Below, in pieces: positions 18,182 to 28,254 of a DNA stretch of 64,000 bases. Source of the stretch: Chthonomonadaceae bacterium (GTDB taxonomy: Bacteria > Armatimonadota > Chthonomonadetes > Chthonomonadales > Chthonomonadaceae). The notes beneath the pieces were generated by a model. That model made no database searches, had not been told where the DNA came from, and saw only the letters and a list, made by a program, of their open reading frames with translations. Both the position numbers and the translations under genes were made by a program. How positions within the stretch are numbered: position 1 is the stretch's first letter; each line of letters begins with the position of its first letter. Location of the stretch: the NCBI GenBank assembly GCA_035651115.1, contig DASRGL010000431.1:1899-65898 (forward strand), in the 5' to 3' direction.

Positions 18182-18607
18182 TCAGGCGGCTCCTCCGCCC
18201 GTCGCTTTTGCCGCTGCCTTCTCTGCGTCGTTGTGCGCCTTGACCGAGGCGGAGAGCCGCATGGCCGCGATCTCCAGATCGCGCGTCAACTGCCCGCTGA
18301 TCTGCGCGGACTGCGTGCTGCCGTCGCTGCCCGCCCATTCCAGCCGTACCGCGCTCTGTTTGGCGTGGTTGAGGAACGCCATCAGTTGGTGGCACAGGTC
18401 GCGGGCCGCGGTCGGCGAGGAGATGCTGAGCGGCAGCCAGTCGCTAAACGCGCCTTCGCTCTCCTCGCTCTCGGCGGGCTGTGCGCCGCTTTCCGCTTGC
18501 GCGCTCTCCTCGACCGGCTTGCATCCCGGCAGTCTCGGCAGCGATTTCTCGCGAAACTCCTGTAGGCCATTCTCGGTCATGAAGCCGATCCGTGCTTGAA
18601 ACGGCAT
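18182..18607 (-). CDS. Hypothetical protein
   Basis: Strong AAGGAGG RBS upstream of ATG 18607. No family recognised. Confidence 0.55.
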   Translation of the reverse strand: MPFQARIGFMTENGLQEFREKSLPRLPGCKPVEESAQAESGAQPAESEESEGAFSDWLPLSISSPTAARDLCHQLMAFLNHAKQSAVRLEWAGSDGSTQSAQISGQLTRDLEIAAMRLSASVKAHNDAEKAAAKATGGGAA

Positions 18608-18650
18608 GGTTTTCCTCCTTTGATGGTGTTGCGGCCCGCATCCGTCGGGG

Positions 18651-19076
18651 CTATCCAGGGAACGGCAACTCCAGCACGCCCCCGGCAGGCAGCAGCTTCC
18701 ACTGCTCCCAACAGGCGCGCAGGCGTTCCCGGATAGTGTCCAGTTGCTCCGGTGTCAGGCGCGGCGGCGGCAGACCGAAGGACGCGCAGGACATCTCCCA
18801 CAGGCCGACGATCTCCTCATACGACGCGCCGTTCCACAACTGGGACTGTAAGGTGGTGATAAGCCCCTCGATCTGATTGGCCTCAGCGGGCAGTTCGGGC
18901 CGCGTGCCGGTCGCCGGGTCTATGGCGGTGAACGTCTCGATGTCCCAGCCCTGCGCGATCAGCCCGTAGAAGGCGTTGCGGCAGCCGAGCGTGGTTTCGG
19001 CGACATAGTGCGTCAGGTCATGGAACGCAAAACGAGCGGCCAGCTTCGACCAGGTAGTCGAGCCGTCGTCGCGCAC
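18651..19076 (-). CDS. Hypothetical protein (start uncertain)
   Basis: The track start is GTG 19076. The frame is open back to the hisS stop and contains no ATG. Motif FHDLTHYVAETTLG; no family recognised. Confidence 0.5.
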   Translation of the reverse strand: MRDDGSTTWSKLAARFAFHDLTHYVAETTLGCRNAFYGLIAQGWDIETFTAIDPATGTRPELPAEANQIEGLITTLQSQLWNGASYEEIVGLWEMSCASFGLPPPRLTPEQLDTIRERLRACWEQWKLLPAGGVLELPFPG

Positions 19077-19136
19077 GCAGACCAGCGTATCGCGCTTATT
19101 TTCGCCTTTGCATAGTCGGATGATTATGGCTAGTCC

Positions 19137-20453
19137 CTATTTTGTCTCCGCGCTGGGCGGATTGGCAAGAGCGCGGAGTTCCGAGACGACATCGGCTAGC
19201 GGAACGTCGCGCTGCTCTTTGGTGGACTGATTGCGGAGGGCCACAACGCCGCGCGCCAACTCGCCGTCGCCCAGAATGAGCGTATACCGCGCGCCCAGAT
19301 CGTCGGCGCGCTTGACCTGCGGGCCGAACTTGCGGTTCTTGTAGTCCATATCGGCAGCGATCCCGGCGGCGCGAATCTCGGCCAGCAGACGGACGGCGGC
19401 AGGGCGAACGAGCGACTCATCTCCCAGCGTGATGAGAAAGGCAAAAGGCCGCTCATCCGGGATGGGCAGTTCGATGCCGAGCGCGTCCAGCGTGATCAGG
19501 CAGCGCTCCATGCCCAGCCCGAACCCGATGCCCGGCGTGGGCGGGCCGCCGCACTCTTCCACCAGGCCATCGTAGCGCCCGCCGCCGCCGAGCGCGTTCT
19601 GCGCCCCCAACTCCGTCCCGACGATCTCGAACGCCGTTTTGGTATAGTAATCGAAGCCGCGCACCAGCCGGTGATCTATGACGAACGGCACGCCCGCCGC
19701 GCGCAGATAGCTTTGCAGCTTCTCGAAATGGTCGCGGCTCTCCGGGTCCAGGTAGTCGAGCAGGCGCGGAGCCTCGGCCAGCAGGCGCAGATCGTTCGTG
19801 TCTTTGGTATCCAGCATCCGCAGCGGATTGGCCGCGAAACGCGCCTGTCCCTCCGCGCTCATCTCCGCAAGGAACGGGCGCACATAGTCCCGCAGCGCCT
19901 CTTTATAAGCCGCGCGCGACTCCGGCGTGCCGACTGAGTTGATGCGCAACTCCTGCCCGGTGATGCCGAGCGTGCGATAGAAGGTCATCGCCAGCAGAAT
20001 CACCTCGGCGTCAACGGCCGGGTCGGCGGAACCGAACGCCTCGATGCCCAACTGCTGGTGCTGCCGGTAGCGCCCGCGCTGGCCGCGCTCATAGCGGAAA
20101 TTCTGCCCGATGTAGTAGAGTTTGAGCAGCGGGTTCTCGGCGAACAGCTTATGCTCGATGCAGGCGCGCACGACCGGAGCCGTGCCTTCCGGCTTCAGGG
20201 TCAGGCTGCGCTCTCCCCGGTCGGTGAAGGTGAACATCTCCTTGCTGACGATGTCCGTCGCCTCGCCGATGCTGCGCGTGAACAGTTCCGTCTGCTCCAG
20301 AATAGGCGTGCGTATCTCGCGGTAGCCGAAGCGGCGGCAGACCTCGCGGAAGACGCCCTCGACATAGCGCCATCGGGCCGTCTGGAGCCAGGCGTCTTTG
20401 GCGGGCGGGGTGGGGAGGACATCGTACATATAGGGCGGCGCGGCGTATCGCAT
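19137..20453 (-). CDS. hisS: Histidine--tRNA ligase
   Basis: 438 aa. Class II motifs (RYREIRTPILE, FRYERGQRGRYRQHQQLG, GGGGRYDGL). Confidence 0.95.
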   Translation of the reverse strand: MRYAAPPYMYDVLPTPPAKDAWLQTARWRYVEGVFREVCRRFGYREIRTPILEQTELFTRSIGEATDIVSKEMFTFTDRGERSLTLKPEGTAPVVRACIEHKLFAENPLLKLYYIGQNFRYERGQRGRYRQHQQLGIEAFGSADPAVDAEVILLAMTFYRTLGITGQELRINSVGTPESRAAYKEALRDYVRPFLAEMSAEGQARFAANPLRMLDTKDTNDLRLLAEAPRLLDYLDPESRDHFEKLQSYLRAAGVPFVIDHRLVRGFDYYTKTAFEIVGTELGAQNALGGGGRYDGLVEECGGPPTPGIGFGLGMERCLITLDALGIELPIPDERPFAFLITLGDESLVRPAAVRLLAEIRAAGIAADMDYKNRKFGPQVKRADDLGARYTLILGDGELARGVVALRNQSTKEQRDVPLADVVSELRALANPPSAETK

Positions 20454-20703
20454 GGCAGACTCGAAACCTCATGGGGCAGGATGATAGCCTCTATTGTACG
20501 GCAGGAATCGGCCCGAAGTCAAATCGGCGCGGAAAACGGAGGGGCCTGCCGGCGGGAGCGGCAGCGCGGGTAGAGCAGGGGAAGCGTGCCACAATTTTGA
20601 AAAAAGTATCACGCGCGGCAATTTTCCGGCGGGCGAAGACGTAGAATGGATATGTCTGTACTGCCTCTTTCCGCTTCTGCCACAATAGGGTGAGTAGCTG
20701 ACC

Positions 20704-22869
20704 ATGCACATTCCTGACTCCGTTCTCAGCCCTGCGACCTCCGCTGTCACCGGAGCCGCCATGCTGCCCGTCTGGGCGTTGGCGGGGCGGCGCGTGCGCG
20801 CGACTCTGGGAGCGCGGCAGGTTCCCCTGCTGGCGCTGGGCGCGGCCTTCTGCTTCACCATCATGATGTTCAACATCCCCGCGCTCGGCGGCACGACCGC
20901 GCATCCGGTCGCAGGGACGCTATTGGCGGTGATGCTCGGCCCCTGGGCAGCGGTCATCGGTATGTCGGTCGCGCTGGCGATCCAGGCGCTCTTTTTCGGC
21001 GATGGCGGCCTGCTCACGTTCGGCGCAAACTGCTTCGCGATGGCGTTCGTGCTGCCGTTCGTCGGCTACAGCGTCTACCACCTGTTCGCGGGCCGTCATG
21101 CGCCGGACTCCTCGGCGCGCGCGCTCTGCGCCGCCCTCGGAGCCTATTTCGGCATCAATGCGGCGGCGGCGGTCGTCGCGGTGCTGCTCGGCATTCAGCC
21201 TGCGCTTTTCCACACGCCCAACGGCGACGCGCTCTACTTCCCCTTCGGTCTGAAAGTCACGCTGCCCGCCATGCTCGGCACGCATCTGCTGGTCGCCGGG
21301 CCTGCAGAGGCCATCGTGACCGGCCTGGTCGTGCGCTATTTGCAGGCGGCGCGCATCCCGCTCTACGGCGCGGCCACGCCGGAAGCGATGTTCACGGCCT
21401 CGGAACGCACGGTGGCGCGGCGCGGACGGCGGCGCGAAGCCCTCTGGATTGGCCTGCTGGCCCTGATCGCGCTTTCTCCGCTCGGCCTGCTGGCAAGCGG
21501 CGAGGCGTGGGGCGAGTGGGATGCGCAGGGCGTCGCCGAACAGATCAAGGCGGTCGAGGGCAAGGAGTACGTTCCCGCAGGCATCGCGCGGGCGGAGGAA
21601 CACGGCTACAAGGGGCTTCGCGGCCTGGAAGACTATGCCTCGGAACGCGGCAGCCTCGGCTACATCGGCGCGGGCATTCTCGGCGTCGGCGCGATTTTGC
21701 TCCTGCTCTTCGTCGGCGGGCGTATGTTGGTGGCCCCCCCCCCTAAAGGGAAGGGGAGCGAAGCAGACGCTTTCACCCTCATCCCCGGCCCTTCTCCCTC
21801 GGAGGGAGAAGGGAGCCAGACATCCACGAGCGCGTTTTCCCCTCGCTTGAATAGAGAGGAAAGCCTTGAGTTTGTCTCCCCTCTCCCTAGCGAGGAACGA
21901 GCGATGAAGGGAGAGGGGCCGGGGGTGAGGGTAGAAACTCCCGGTTCGGGAGGAGTTCGGGGGGAGGTTCCTGGGGTAAGGGCCATTCCCGACTGGCTGC
22001 GCCGTCCTTCCGACGAGACCGTACCGCCTCCCGACCTATCCGGCAAACCGCCCAATGCGTTCATCGAGCGCACGCTGGGGGAGATTGCGGCGAACGCCGC
22101 CGCGACGCTCTACGGCGAGAAATGGACGCGGCAGGCGGGCTATCTTCAGCGTCTCGATCCGCGCGCCAAAGTCCTGGCATTTCTCGGCCTGATCGCCGTC
22201 ACCGCCTGCGTCCATAACTTCGTAACGCTGGCCCTCCTCTATGCGCTGACCCTGACTCTGGCGCTGGTTTCACGCCTGCCCGCCGGGATGCTGCTAAAGC
22301 GCGTGTGGCTGTCCGTGCCGATTTTCGTCGGGGCGATCGCGCTGCCCGCCGCGTTCAACATCGTGACGCCGGGCCGCGCGCTGCTTGTGCTGTGGCGCGA
22401 ACCGTATCTGGCGCTTACCGTGCCGGGCTTCTGGATGGCGGCGACCCTGATGCTGCGCGTGGGCGTGGCCGTCTCGCTGGCAGCCCTGCTCACGCTCACG
22501 ACGCCCTGGAACGACCTGCTGCGCGCTCTGCGGATGCTGCTCGTGCCGCGCCTGTTCGTCGGCGTGCTGGCGATGACCTATCGCTATGTGGCAGTGTTGC
22601 TCCAGACGGCGGCGGAGATGTTCGTGGCGCGGCGCAGCCGCACGGTCGGTCGGGCGACGAATGCGGAGGGCCGCCTGTTCGTCGGGGCTGCCATCGGCTC
22701 TCTGTTCGGCAAAACTCTCTCTCTGGCCGATGAGGTACACGCGGCCATGCTGTCGCGCGGCTTCCAGGGCGAGATGCGAACGCTGACCCGGCTGCAATGG
22801 AGTGTGGCGGATTCTGCCTGGATTCTGGCGATAGCCCTGGTAGCGGGCGCGGCGCTGAAAGGAGGATGA
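20704..22869 (+). CDS. cbiM: ECF cobalt/nickel transporter fusion: CbiM + PDGLE (CbiN-like) + CbiQ in one ORF
   Basis: N-terminus MHIPDSVLSP...AHPVAGTLLAVMLGPW is CbiM-like. GEAWGEWDAQG...EHGYKGL is a PDGLE region. The C-terminal ~270 aa (LDPRAKVLAFLGLIAV...) is CbiQ-like. The junction is repeat-derived sequence at 21735-21985. Confidence 0.8.
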   Translation: MHIPDSVLSPATSAVTGAAMLPVWALAGRRVRATLGARQVPLLALGAAFCFTIMMFNIPALGGTTAHPVAGTLLAVMLGPWAAVIGMSVALAIQALFFGDGGLLTFGANCFAMAFVLPFVGYSVYHLFAGRHAPDSSARALCAALGAYFGINAAAAVVAVLLGIQPALFHTPNGDALYFPFGLKVTLPAMLGTHLLVAGPAEAIVTGLVVRYLQAARIPLYGAATPEAMFTASERTVARRGRRREALWIGLLALIALSPLGLLASGEAWGEWDAQGVAEQIKAVEGKEYVPAGIARAEEHGYKGLRGLEDYASERGSLGYIGAGILGVGAILLLLFVGGRMLVAPPPKGKGSEADAFTLIPGPSPSEGEGSQTSTSAFSPRLNREESLEFVSPLPSEERAMKGEGPGVRVETPGSGGVRGEVPGVRAIPDWLRRPSDETVPPPDLSGKPPNAFIERTLGEIAANAAATLYGEKWTRQAGYLQRLDPRAKVLAFLGLIAVTACVHNFVTLALLYALTLTLALVSRLPAGMLLKRVWLSVPIFVGAIALPAAFNIVTPGRALLVLWREPYLALTVPGFWMAATLMLRVGVAVSLAALLTLTTPWNDLLRALRMLLVPRLFVGVLAMTYRYVAVLLQTAAEMFVARRSRTVGRATNAEGRLFVGAAIGSLFGKTLSLADEVHAAMLSRGFQGEMRTLTRLQWSVADSAWILAIALVAGAALKGG
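21775..21932. repeat. Full-length type A MITE-like element (~158 bp) inside the cbiM-cbiQ ORF
   Basis: Left end ACCCTCATCCCCGGCCCTTCTCCC-TCGGA-GGGAGAAGGG. Right end CCCCTCTCCC-(21-nt loop)-GGGAGAGGGG-CCGGGGGTGAGGGT. The core has lower GC. Additional G/C-rich hairpins flank it at 21735-21760 and 21940-21985. Confidence 0.75.
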
Positions 22870-22870
22870 T

Positions 22871-23767
<897 letters not shown>

Positions 23768-23929
23768 AACGCACGGACGCTATCCACGTCCATTGGTTTA
23801 GAGCGCAGGCGCTTCTTGCCAACCGGAGGTCGGACGAATGCGAAACTTCCTTCTTGAACTGACCTGCACGAGTCTTTTGGCTGTGCTGAGAAGCCGGGTA
23901 AACTAAAATCATCCGAACGTAGGGTCTGA

Positions 23930-24418
23930 CTATGGCAGGGATTTATACATGAACCGATGTTCGATGTTGGCGTCGAGGAAGATGCTGCCCTCCGCCGTAT
24001 AGCCCAGGCGCTCGTAGAAGGGAATGGCGTAAAGCTGTGCATCCAGGACGAGGCGCGTGAAACCCCGTGCGCGGGCCGTCTCCTCGACCAGGCGCATCAA
24101 CAGCAGGCCGACGCCCCGGCCCCGATGTTCGCGCAGCACTGCCACACGCCCGACCTTGCCCACGCCCTCTCCTTTATCCACCAGCCGCGCCGTCGCGACG
24201 ATGCCGGATGGGTCACCGGGCGGCAACCGCGTATCACGGACGAGAAAATGCGTCGCCGTCAGGTCGAACACGTCCAACTCTTCCTCTGCTGGAACCGCCT
24301 GCTCCTCCACGAAGACGACCCTGCGCAGCGCGAAAACGGCTTCACGCTCCTCCGGCGTCGTGACGAGCGCCGCCTGATATATCGGGTTTTCAGGACGAGA
24401 TTCGGGTTCGGTGTTCAT
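23930..24418 (-). CDS. GNAT family N-acetyltransferase
   Basis: VAVLREHRGRGVGLLLM is the acetyl-CoA motif. I prefer the internal ATG at 24418, because the upstream 20 codons (HSERSEESL) look repeat-derived. Confidence 0.85.
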   Translation of the reverse strand: MNTEPESRPENPIYQAALVTTPEEREAVFALRRVVFVEEQAVPAEEELDVFDLTATHFLVRDTRLPPGDPSGIVATARLVDKGEGVGKVGRVAVLREHRGRGVGLLLMRLVEETARARGFTRLVLDAQLYAIPFYERLGYTAEGSIFLDANIEHRFMYKSLP

Positions 24419-24476
24419 AAGAGATTCTTCGCTCCGCTCAGAATGACGATACGAAGGCACATGCTTCCGCCCGGTC

Positions 24477-24512
24477 ACCCCTTCCCTTTAGGGAGGGAGC
24501 TGGGGGTAGGTC
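24477..24512. repeat. Type C-like solo hairpin plus tail
   Basis: CCCCTTCCC-TTTA-GGGAGGGAG-CTGGGGGTAGG. Resembles the right end of the 4924-5104 element. Confidence 0.55.
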
Positions 24513-24521
24513 TACAGGGGG

Positions 24522-25691
24522 CTAATCCGGCAGGAACGCGCTCAGCACGTCGTTGGCGAGCAGCAGGCCCGCATGGGTCAGCCGCAGCGTATCGTTTTCC
24601 AGAACCAGCAGGCCGCGCGCGGCCAGTCGCGCGATCTCCGGGGCGAAGCGATCCAGCGGCTCCACGCCGAAGCGGTCGCGAACGCGCTGCAACGGCAGGC
24701 CGTCTCGCAGGCGCAGGCCGAGCATCATCGTCTCGCCGAGCGCGCCATCCGCATCCAGGCATTCCGACTCGACCGCTAAATCGGACCCGGCGTTCACCTT
24801 CTGCACATAGCGGGCAGGCAGCCGTTCCCGCTTCCAGCGTCGGCCCTTCCAATAGGAGACTGCGCCCGGCCCGAAACCAAGATACTCTTCATTGCGCCAG
24901 TAGACCTGGTTGTGCCGGGAACGGAAGCCGGGCCGCGCGAAGTTGCTCACCTCGTAGTGTTCATAGCCTGCCGTCGTCAGCCGCGCGATGCTTGTCTCAT
25001 ACATCGCCAGTTCGGTATCCTCGTCCGGCAGGGGCAGCTTGCCGCCCTTGTGCAGCCGCTCGAAGCGCGTGCCGGGTTCCAGCGTCAGCGCGTAGAGCGA
25101 AAGATGCTCCGTCTGCAAGGCCAGCGCGCGCTCCAGCGTGGCGTGCCAGAGTTCCGGCGTCTGCTTCGGAAGGCCGAACATCAGATCGAGGCTCAGGTTG
25201 GCGAATCCGGCGGCGCGGGCCGCGTTCAGCGCGCGTTCCGCCTCGCCCGCCGTGTGGAACCGATCCAGCGCGGCCAGCAGCGTATCGTCGAACGCCTGCA
25301 CGCCCACGCTCAGGCGATTGAACCCGGCGGCGCGCATCGCCGCGAACTTCTCCGCATCCGACGAGCCGGGATTGGCCTCGCTGGTGATCTCCGCGTCCGG
25401 CGCGACCGCGAAATTGTCCCGCACAGTCCCCAGAATCCGCGCCAGTTGCTCCCCGCTCAGGAAGGTCGGCGTGCCTCCGCCGAAAAAGACCGTCGGAACC
25501 GTGATCTGCGGTTCGTCCTCCGCCAGGGCTTGCGCTGTGCGCGCGATGTCGCGGCAGAGTGCGTCCACCGTCTGCGGCACGAGCGCGCTCTGCGCCTTCT
25601 CGACGTAAGTATTGAAATCGCAGTAGGCGCAGTGTTTGGCACAGAAAGGGATATGGACATAGATGGCGAGCAGGCGGCTCTCTCCAGACAT
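24522..25691 (-). CDS. hemW: Radical SAM heme chaperone HemW (HemN-like)
   Basis: YVHIPFCAKHCAYCDF is a CxxxCxxC radical SAM motif. HemN_C-like C-terminus. The track start is 25706; ATG 25691 is also possible. Confidence 0.9.
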   Translation of the reverse strand: MSGESRLLAIYVHIPFCAKHCAYCDFNTYVEKAQSALVPQTVDALCRDIARTAQALAEDEPQITVPTVFFGGGTPTFLSGEQLARILGTVRDNFAVAPDAEITSEANPGSSDAEKFAAMRAAGFNRLSVGVQAFDDTLLAALDRFHTAGEAERALNAARAAGFANLSLDLMFGLPKQTPELWHATLERALALQTEHLSLYALTLEPGTRFERLHKGGKLPLPDEDTELAMYETSIARLTTAGYEHYEVSNFARPGFRSRHNQVYWRNEEYLGFGPGAVSYWKGRRWKRERLPARYVQKVNAGSDLAVESECLDADGALGETMMLGLRLRDGLPLQRVRDRFGVEPLDRFAPEIARLAARGLLVLENDTLRLTHAGLLLANDVLSAFLPD

Positions 25692-25814
25692 AGCGACCTC
25701 CACCACTATTATACAGGATAGCGCGCCTGCGCAGAACGGCCCTCGGAAGGCGCGGAGCCAGGGGAACTGCCGCGTGCGGTTTCCGTATTCTGTGCATGAG
25801 GAAGGAGAAGGAGA

Positions 25815-25979
25815 ATGCCACAGCGAAACGCTATGCCAGAGAGCGCGATTCCAGCGAAAGCCGAGTCCCGGTCGGTGCGACTCTATGCCGGGCTGCTGGA
25901 ACAGATCGAGGCGCTGCTGCGCCAGGAGGCGGCGGTCGTGCGATGGCGGTGTCCGTTGGTGTCGTCGTGGCGATTGTGA
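25815..25979 (+). CDS. Possible 54-aa ORF (below the ORF-track length cut-off)
   Basis: GGAAGGAGAAGGAGA lies directly upstream of ATG 25815. My translation is MPQRNAMPESAIPAKAESRSVRLYAGLLEQIEALLRQEAAVVRWRCPLVSSWRL. No family recognised. Confidence 0.3.
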   Translation: MPQRNAMPESAIPAKAESRSVRLYAGLLEQIEALLRQEAAVVRWRCPLVSSWRL

Positions 25980-26081
25980 GGGGCCTTCCCTATCTCATCA
26001 GGGGCTTGAAGCGCGTCGGCGGGCCGCCGGATGCGCCCGGCAGCCCCTATCCTGAACACAAGAAGGAAAGGAGGCGCTATC

Positions 26082-26279
26082 ATGCAAGGATTTACCTGGG
26101 AACAGGCGCGCGAGAAGGCGCTGGCGCTGGCGGAGCGCACGCATCAGGCGGTTCACGTCGTCCAGCGAGAGGAGGAGTATTTCGTGGTTCCTGCCGCCGA
26201 ATTCGAGCGTTCCGGCGAGCCACTGCCGACGGTCGTCTACACGGCGCGGCCCGCGCAGACGGGGACGGAGACGCGCTGA
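26082..26279 (+). CDS. Small hypothetical protein (65 aa)
   Basis: AGGAGG RBS 7 nt before ATG 26082. MQGFTWEQAREKALALAERTHQAVHVVQREEEYFVVPAAEFERSGE... Confidence 0.45.
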   Translation: MQGFTWEQAREKALALAERTHQAVHVVQREEEYFVVPAAEFERSGEPLPTVVYTARPAQTGTETR

Positions 26280-26427
26280 ACCACATTTCCATCGGTGACT
26301 ACTCCCCTGCCTAAAGGCACGGGGCTTCGCGGTTGCGATTGCGACGCTTTCATCCCCCGGCGTCATGGCGGAGGGCCTTCCCGCGTCGCGTTTGGTAAAG
26401 AGGGGAAGAACAAGTGGCGGACAGAAG

Positions 26428-26457
26428 GCCCCTCCGTTCCGACCGGAACGGAGGGGC
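26428..26457. terminator. GC-rich stem-loop between convergent genes (terminator-like, no U tract)
   Basis: GCCCCTCCGTTCC-GACC-GGAACGGAGGGGC, a 13-bp perfect stem. Confidence 0.5.
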
Positions 26458-26466
26458 TGCGTCGTC

Positions 26467-26724
26467 TCAGGTGGTACAGAGCAGATCGAAGGGAATAAGT
26501 CCTAAATGTACCGCGCGCCGGAACGCCTGCAAGCGGCTGTTCACCTGAAGCTTCTCGTAGATGTTGTTCAGGTGAAAATCCACCGTCCGCTTGCTCACGA
26601 ACAGTTTGCGGGCGATCTCTTTGGTCGTGTCGCCCTGTATCAGGAGCGTCAGCACCTCGATCTCGCGCCGGGTGAGTTTAATCTCCTCTGCGGATGACGG
26701 CTGGTTCGGGATTAAATCTCTCAT
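26467..26724 (-). CDS. LuxR/GerE-family HTH protein (85 aa, DNA-binding domain only)
   Basis: LTRREIEVLTLLIQGDTTKEIARKLFVSKRTVDFHLNNIYEKL. ATG 26724 follows AAGGAAAGG. The longer track ORF adds an Arg/Pro-rich extension that I discount. Confidence 0.8.
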   Translation of the reverse strand: MRDLIPNQPSSAEEIKLTRREIEVLTLLIQGDTTKEIARKLFVSKRTVDFHLNNIYEKLQVNSRLQAFRRAVHLGLIPFDLLCTT

Positions 26725-27102
26725 GGTTGCCTTTCCTTGCGGTGATGGTCTTCGGGGTGGCGGCGCTCGATGAGGCCGCCGCGCCGAGCGAGGGGGTTCT
26801 TCCAACTTTTTAGACAGAAAGGGTCGCTTGGGTGTTCCATGCCTGCTCGCTTACCGGGGCCGGTAAACTTGCCGGGATCGGGCGCAGGCGTCGGGAAAGA
26901 GACCGGCAGGAGATTGCGCGCCGGGCAGCGAAACTGAGGCAGGCTCCGTCCGCTCATCTGAATCGTCCCGGCAGCGAGGGCGGAGGCACTCGACCCGGAA
27001 GCGAAGCGCGCCTCCTCTCCCATACCCCGGCGATGGCCGAGACGAGAGCCTATCGTCGGGCAGAGGTGGCCCCGTCATTCCATAACGAAGGAGAGCAACG
27101 TC

Positions 27103-27945
27103 ATGTATGTCGGCATTTTGACCGCCCCCTTTTCCAGGGAGTCGATGGAGGTCGTCGCCGCGTTTGCCGGAGAGTACGGCTTTGGCGGTCTGGAGATCGG
27201 AACCGGCCCGGGCAGCAAGCACATAGACACCAACACCTTCACTCAGAAGGACGCCGACGCGCTGCGCGACCTGCTGGATCGCCGCGCGCTGCAGATCTCC
27301 TCGCTCGCCGCCTATACCAACCTGACCGATGGCGACCCGGAGAAGCGCAAGGCCAACATCCAGACTGTCCACAGGGCCATAGACATCGCGGTATGGCTCG
27401 GCGTGGATGTCGTCTGCACGCTGGCCGGGCTGCCCCCGGCAGGCAAGGACAAGTACAAGGTGATCGAGGAGGACTGCGCCCAGGTCTTCCCGCCGCTGCT
27501 GGAGTACGCGGAGAGCAAGGGCATCAAGATCGCGCTGGAGAACTGGACGGCCACCAATATCCAGCACCTCGGCCACTGGCAGCGTCTCTTTGAAGTTCTT
27601 CCGAACGCGAACTTCGGCCTCAACTTCGACCCCTCGCACCTCTACTGGCAGGACATTGACTACATCGAGGCGGTAGACAAGTTCGCTCCGCGCATCTTCC
27701 ACACGCACGCCAAAGACACCGAGATCAAGGCGCATCGCCGCCGCTGGGTCGGCAATCACGGCGACGGCTGGTGGCGCTATGTCATTCCGGGCCTGGGGCA
27801 GATTCAGTGGGGCGAGTATATCGCGGCGCTGCGCCGGAACGGCTACAACGGCGTGCTGTCCATCGAGCATGAGGATGACGCGGTGGAGCGCGAAGAGGGC
27901 TTCCTCATCGGCAAGAAGTATCTCGAACAGTTCATCGCCTACTGA
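27103..27945 (+). CDS. Sugar phosphate isomerase/epimerase (xylose isomerase-like TIM barrel)
   Basis: 280 aa. KIALENW, HTHAKD and LSIEHED are typical AP_endonuc_2-type motifs. Confidence 0.85.
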   Translation: MYVGILTAPFSRESMEVVAAFAGEYGFGGLEIGTGPGSKHIDTNTFTQKDADALRDLLDRRALQISSLAAYTNLTDGDPEKRKANIQTVHRAIDIAVWLGVDVVCTLAGLPPAGKDKYKVIEEDCAQVFPPLLEYAESKGIKIALENWTATNIQHLGHWQRLFEVLPNANFGLNFDPSHLYWQDIDYIEAVDKFAPRIFHTHAKDTEIKAHRRRWVGNHGDGWWRYVIPGLGQIQWGEYIAALRRNGYNGVLSIEHEDDAVEREEGFLIGKKYLEQFIAY

Positions 27946-28254
27946 CCTTCTCCGCCCGCTATCTCACACCATGAGCGCCGCCCGAACGCGATAGGGGCGG
28001 CGCTCCGTCGCCCCTATCAGCGCAAATTCACTCCCTGTAACGAAGACACCGGTGATGCCTCGCGTTCTTCTCACGGGCCCGGGCGAAGACCGGGAAGGGG
28101 GGCGCGAAGGCGGTAGGCGGCGCGCACTCTGGCTATTGCCTCCAAGCGGCCCCACACCTGAAAAAGTTTTCAGCAGGTTTTAAGCCTGCATTAAGATTGG
28201 CATGTTATGATGCAGGGGCTATTGCCTGATTTCTCCTGAAGGAGGACTGATCCG

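Noticed and set aside
19077-19139. Read-through of the hisS TAG stop into the in-frame downstream ORF
   Set aside because: HisRS is already full length at 438 aa. TAG terminates at least five genes in the window. The in-frame arrangement is most simply a coincidence, with a GTG or other near-cognate start for the next gene.
20470-20703. Cobalamin or NiCo riboswitch upstream of the cbiM-type transporter
   Set aside because: I could not find the B12-box context (GCCACTG with the AGGGAA...GGTGAAAATCC core) or a convincing NiCo four-way junction. There are only two GCCACAAT words. The region is also the divergent hisS promoter. A covariance-model scan would settle it.
24419-24478. 20-codon N-terminal extension of the GNAT gene (MTGRKHVPSYRHSERSEESL)
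   Set aside because: The HSERSEESL peptide corresponds to a short repeat-like DNA motif (GAGATTCTTCGCTCCGCTCAGAATGAC). The internal ATG at 24418 gives a normal GNAT N-terminus.
27973-28020. Two mutually exclusive hairpins (GAGCGCCGCCC/GGGCGGCGCTC versus GATAGGGGCG/CGCCCCTATC) as an attenuator or riboswitch
   Set aside because: They lie downstream of the isomerase gene, with no leader peptide and no downstream gene nearby on the same strand before a separate promoter region. This is most likely just a GC-rich terminator region.
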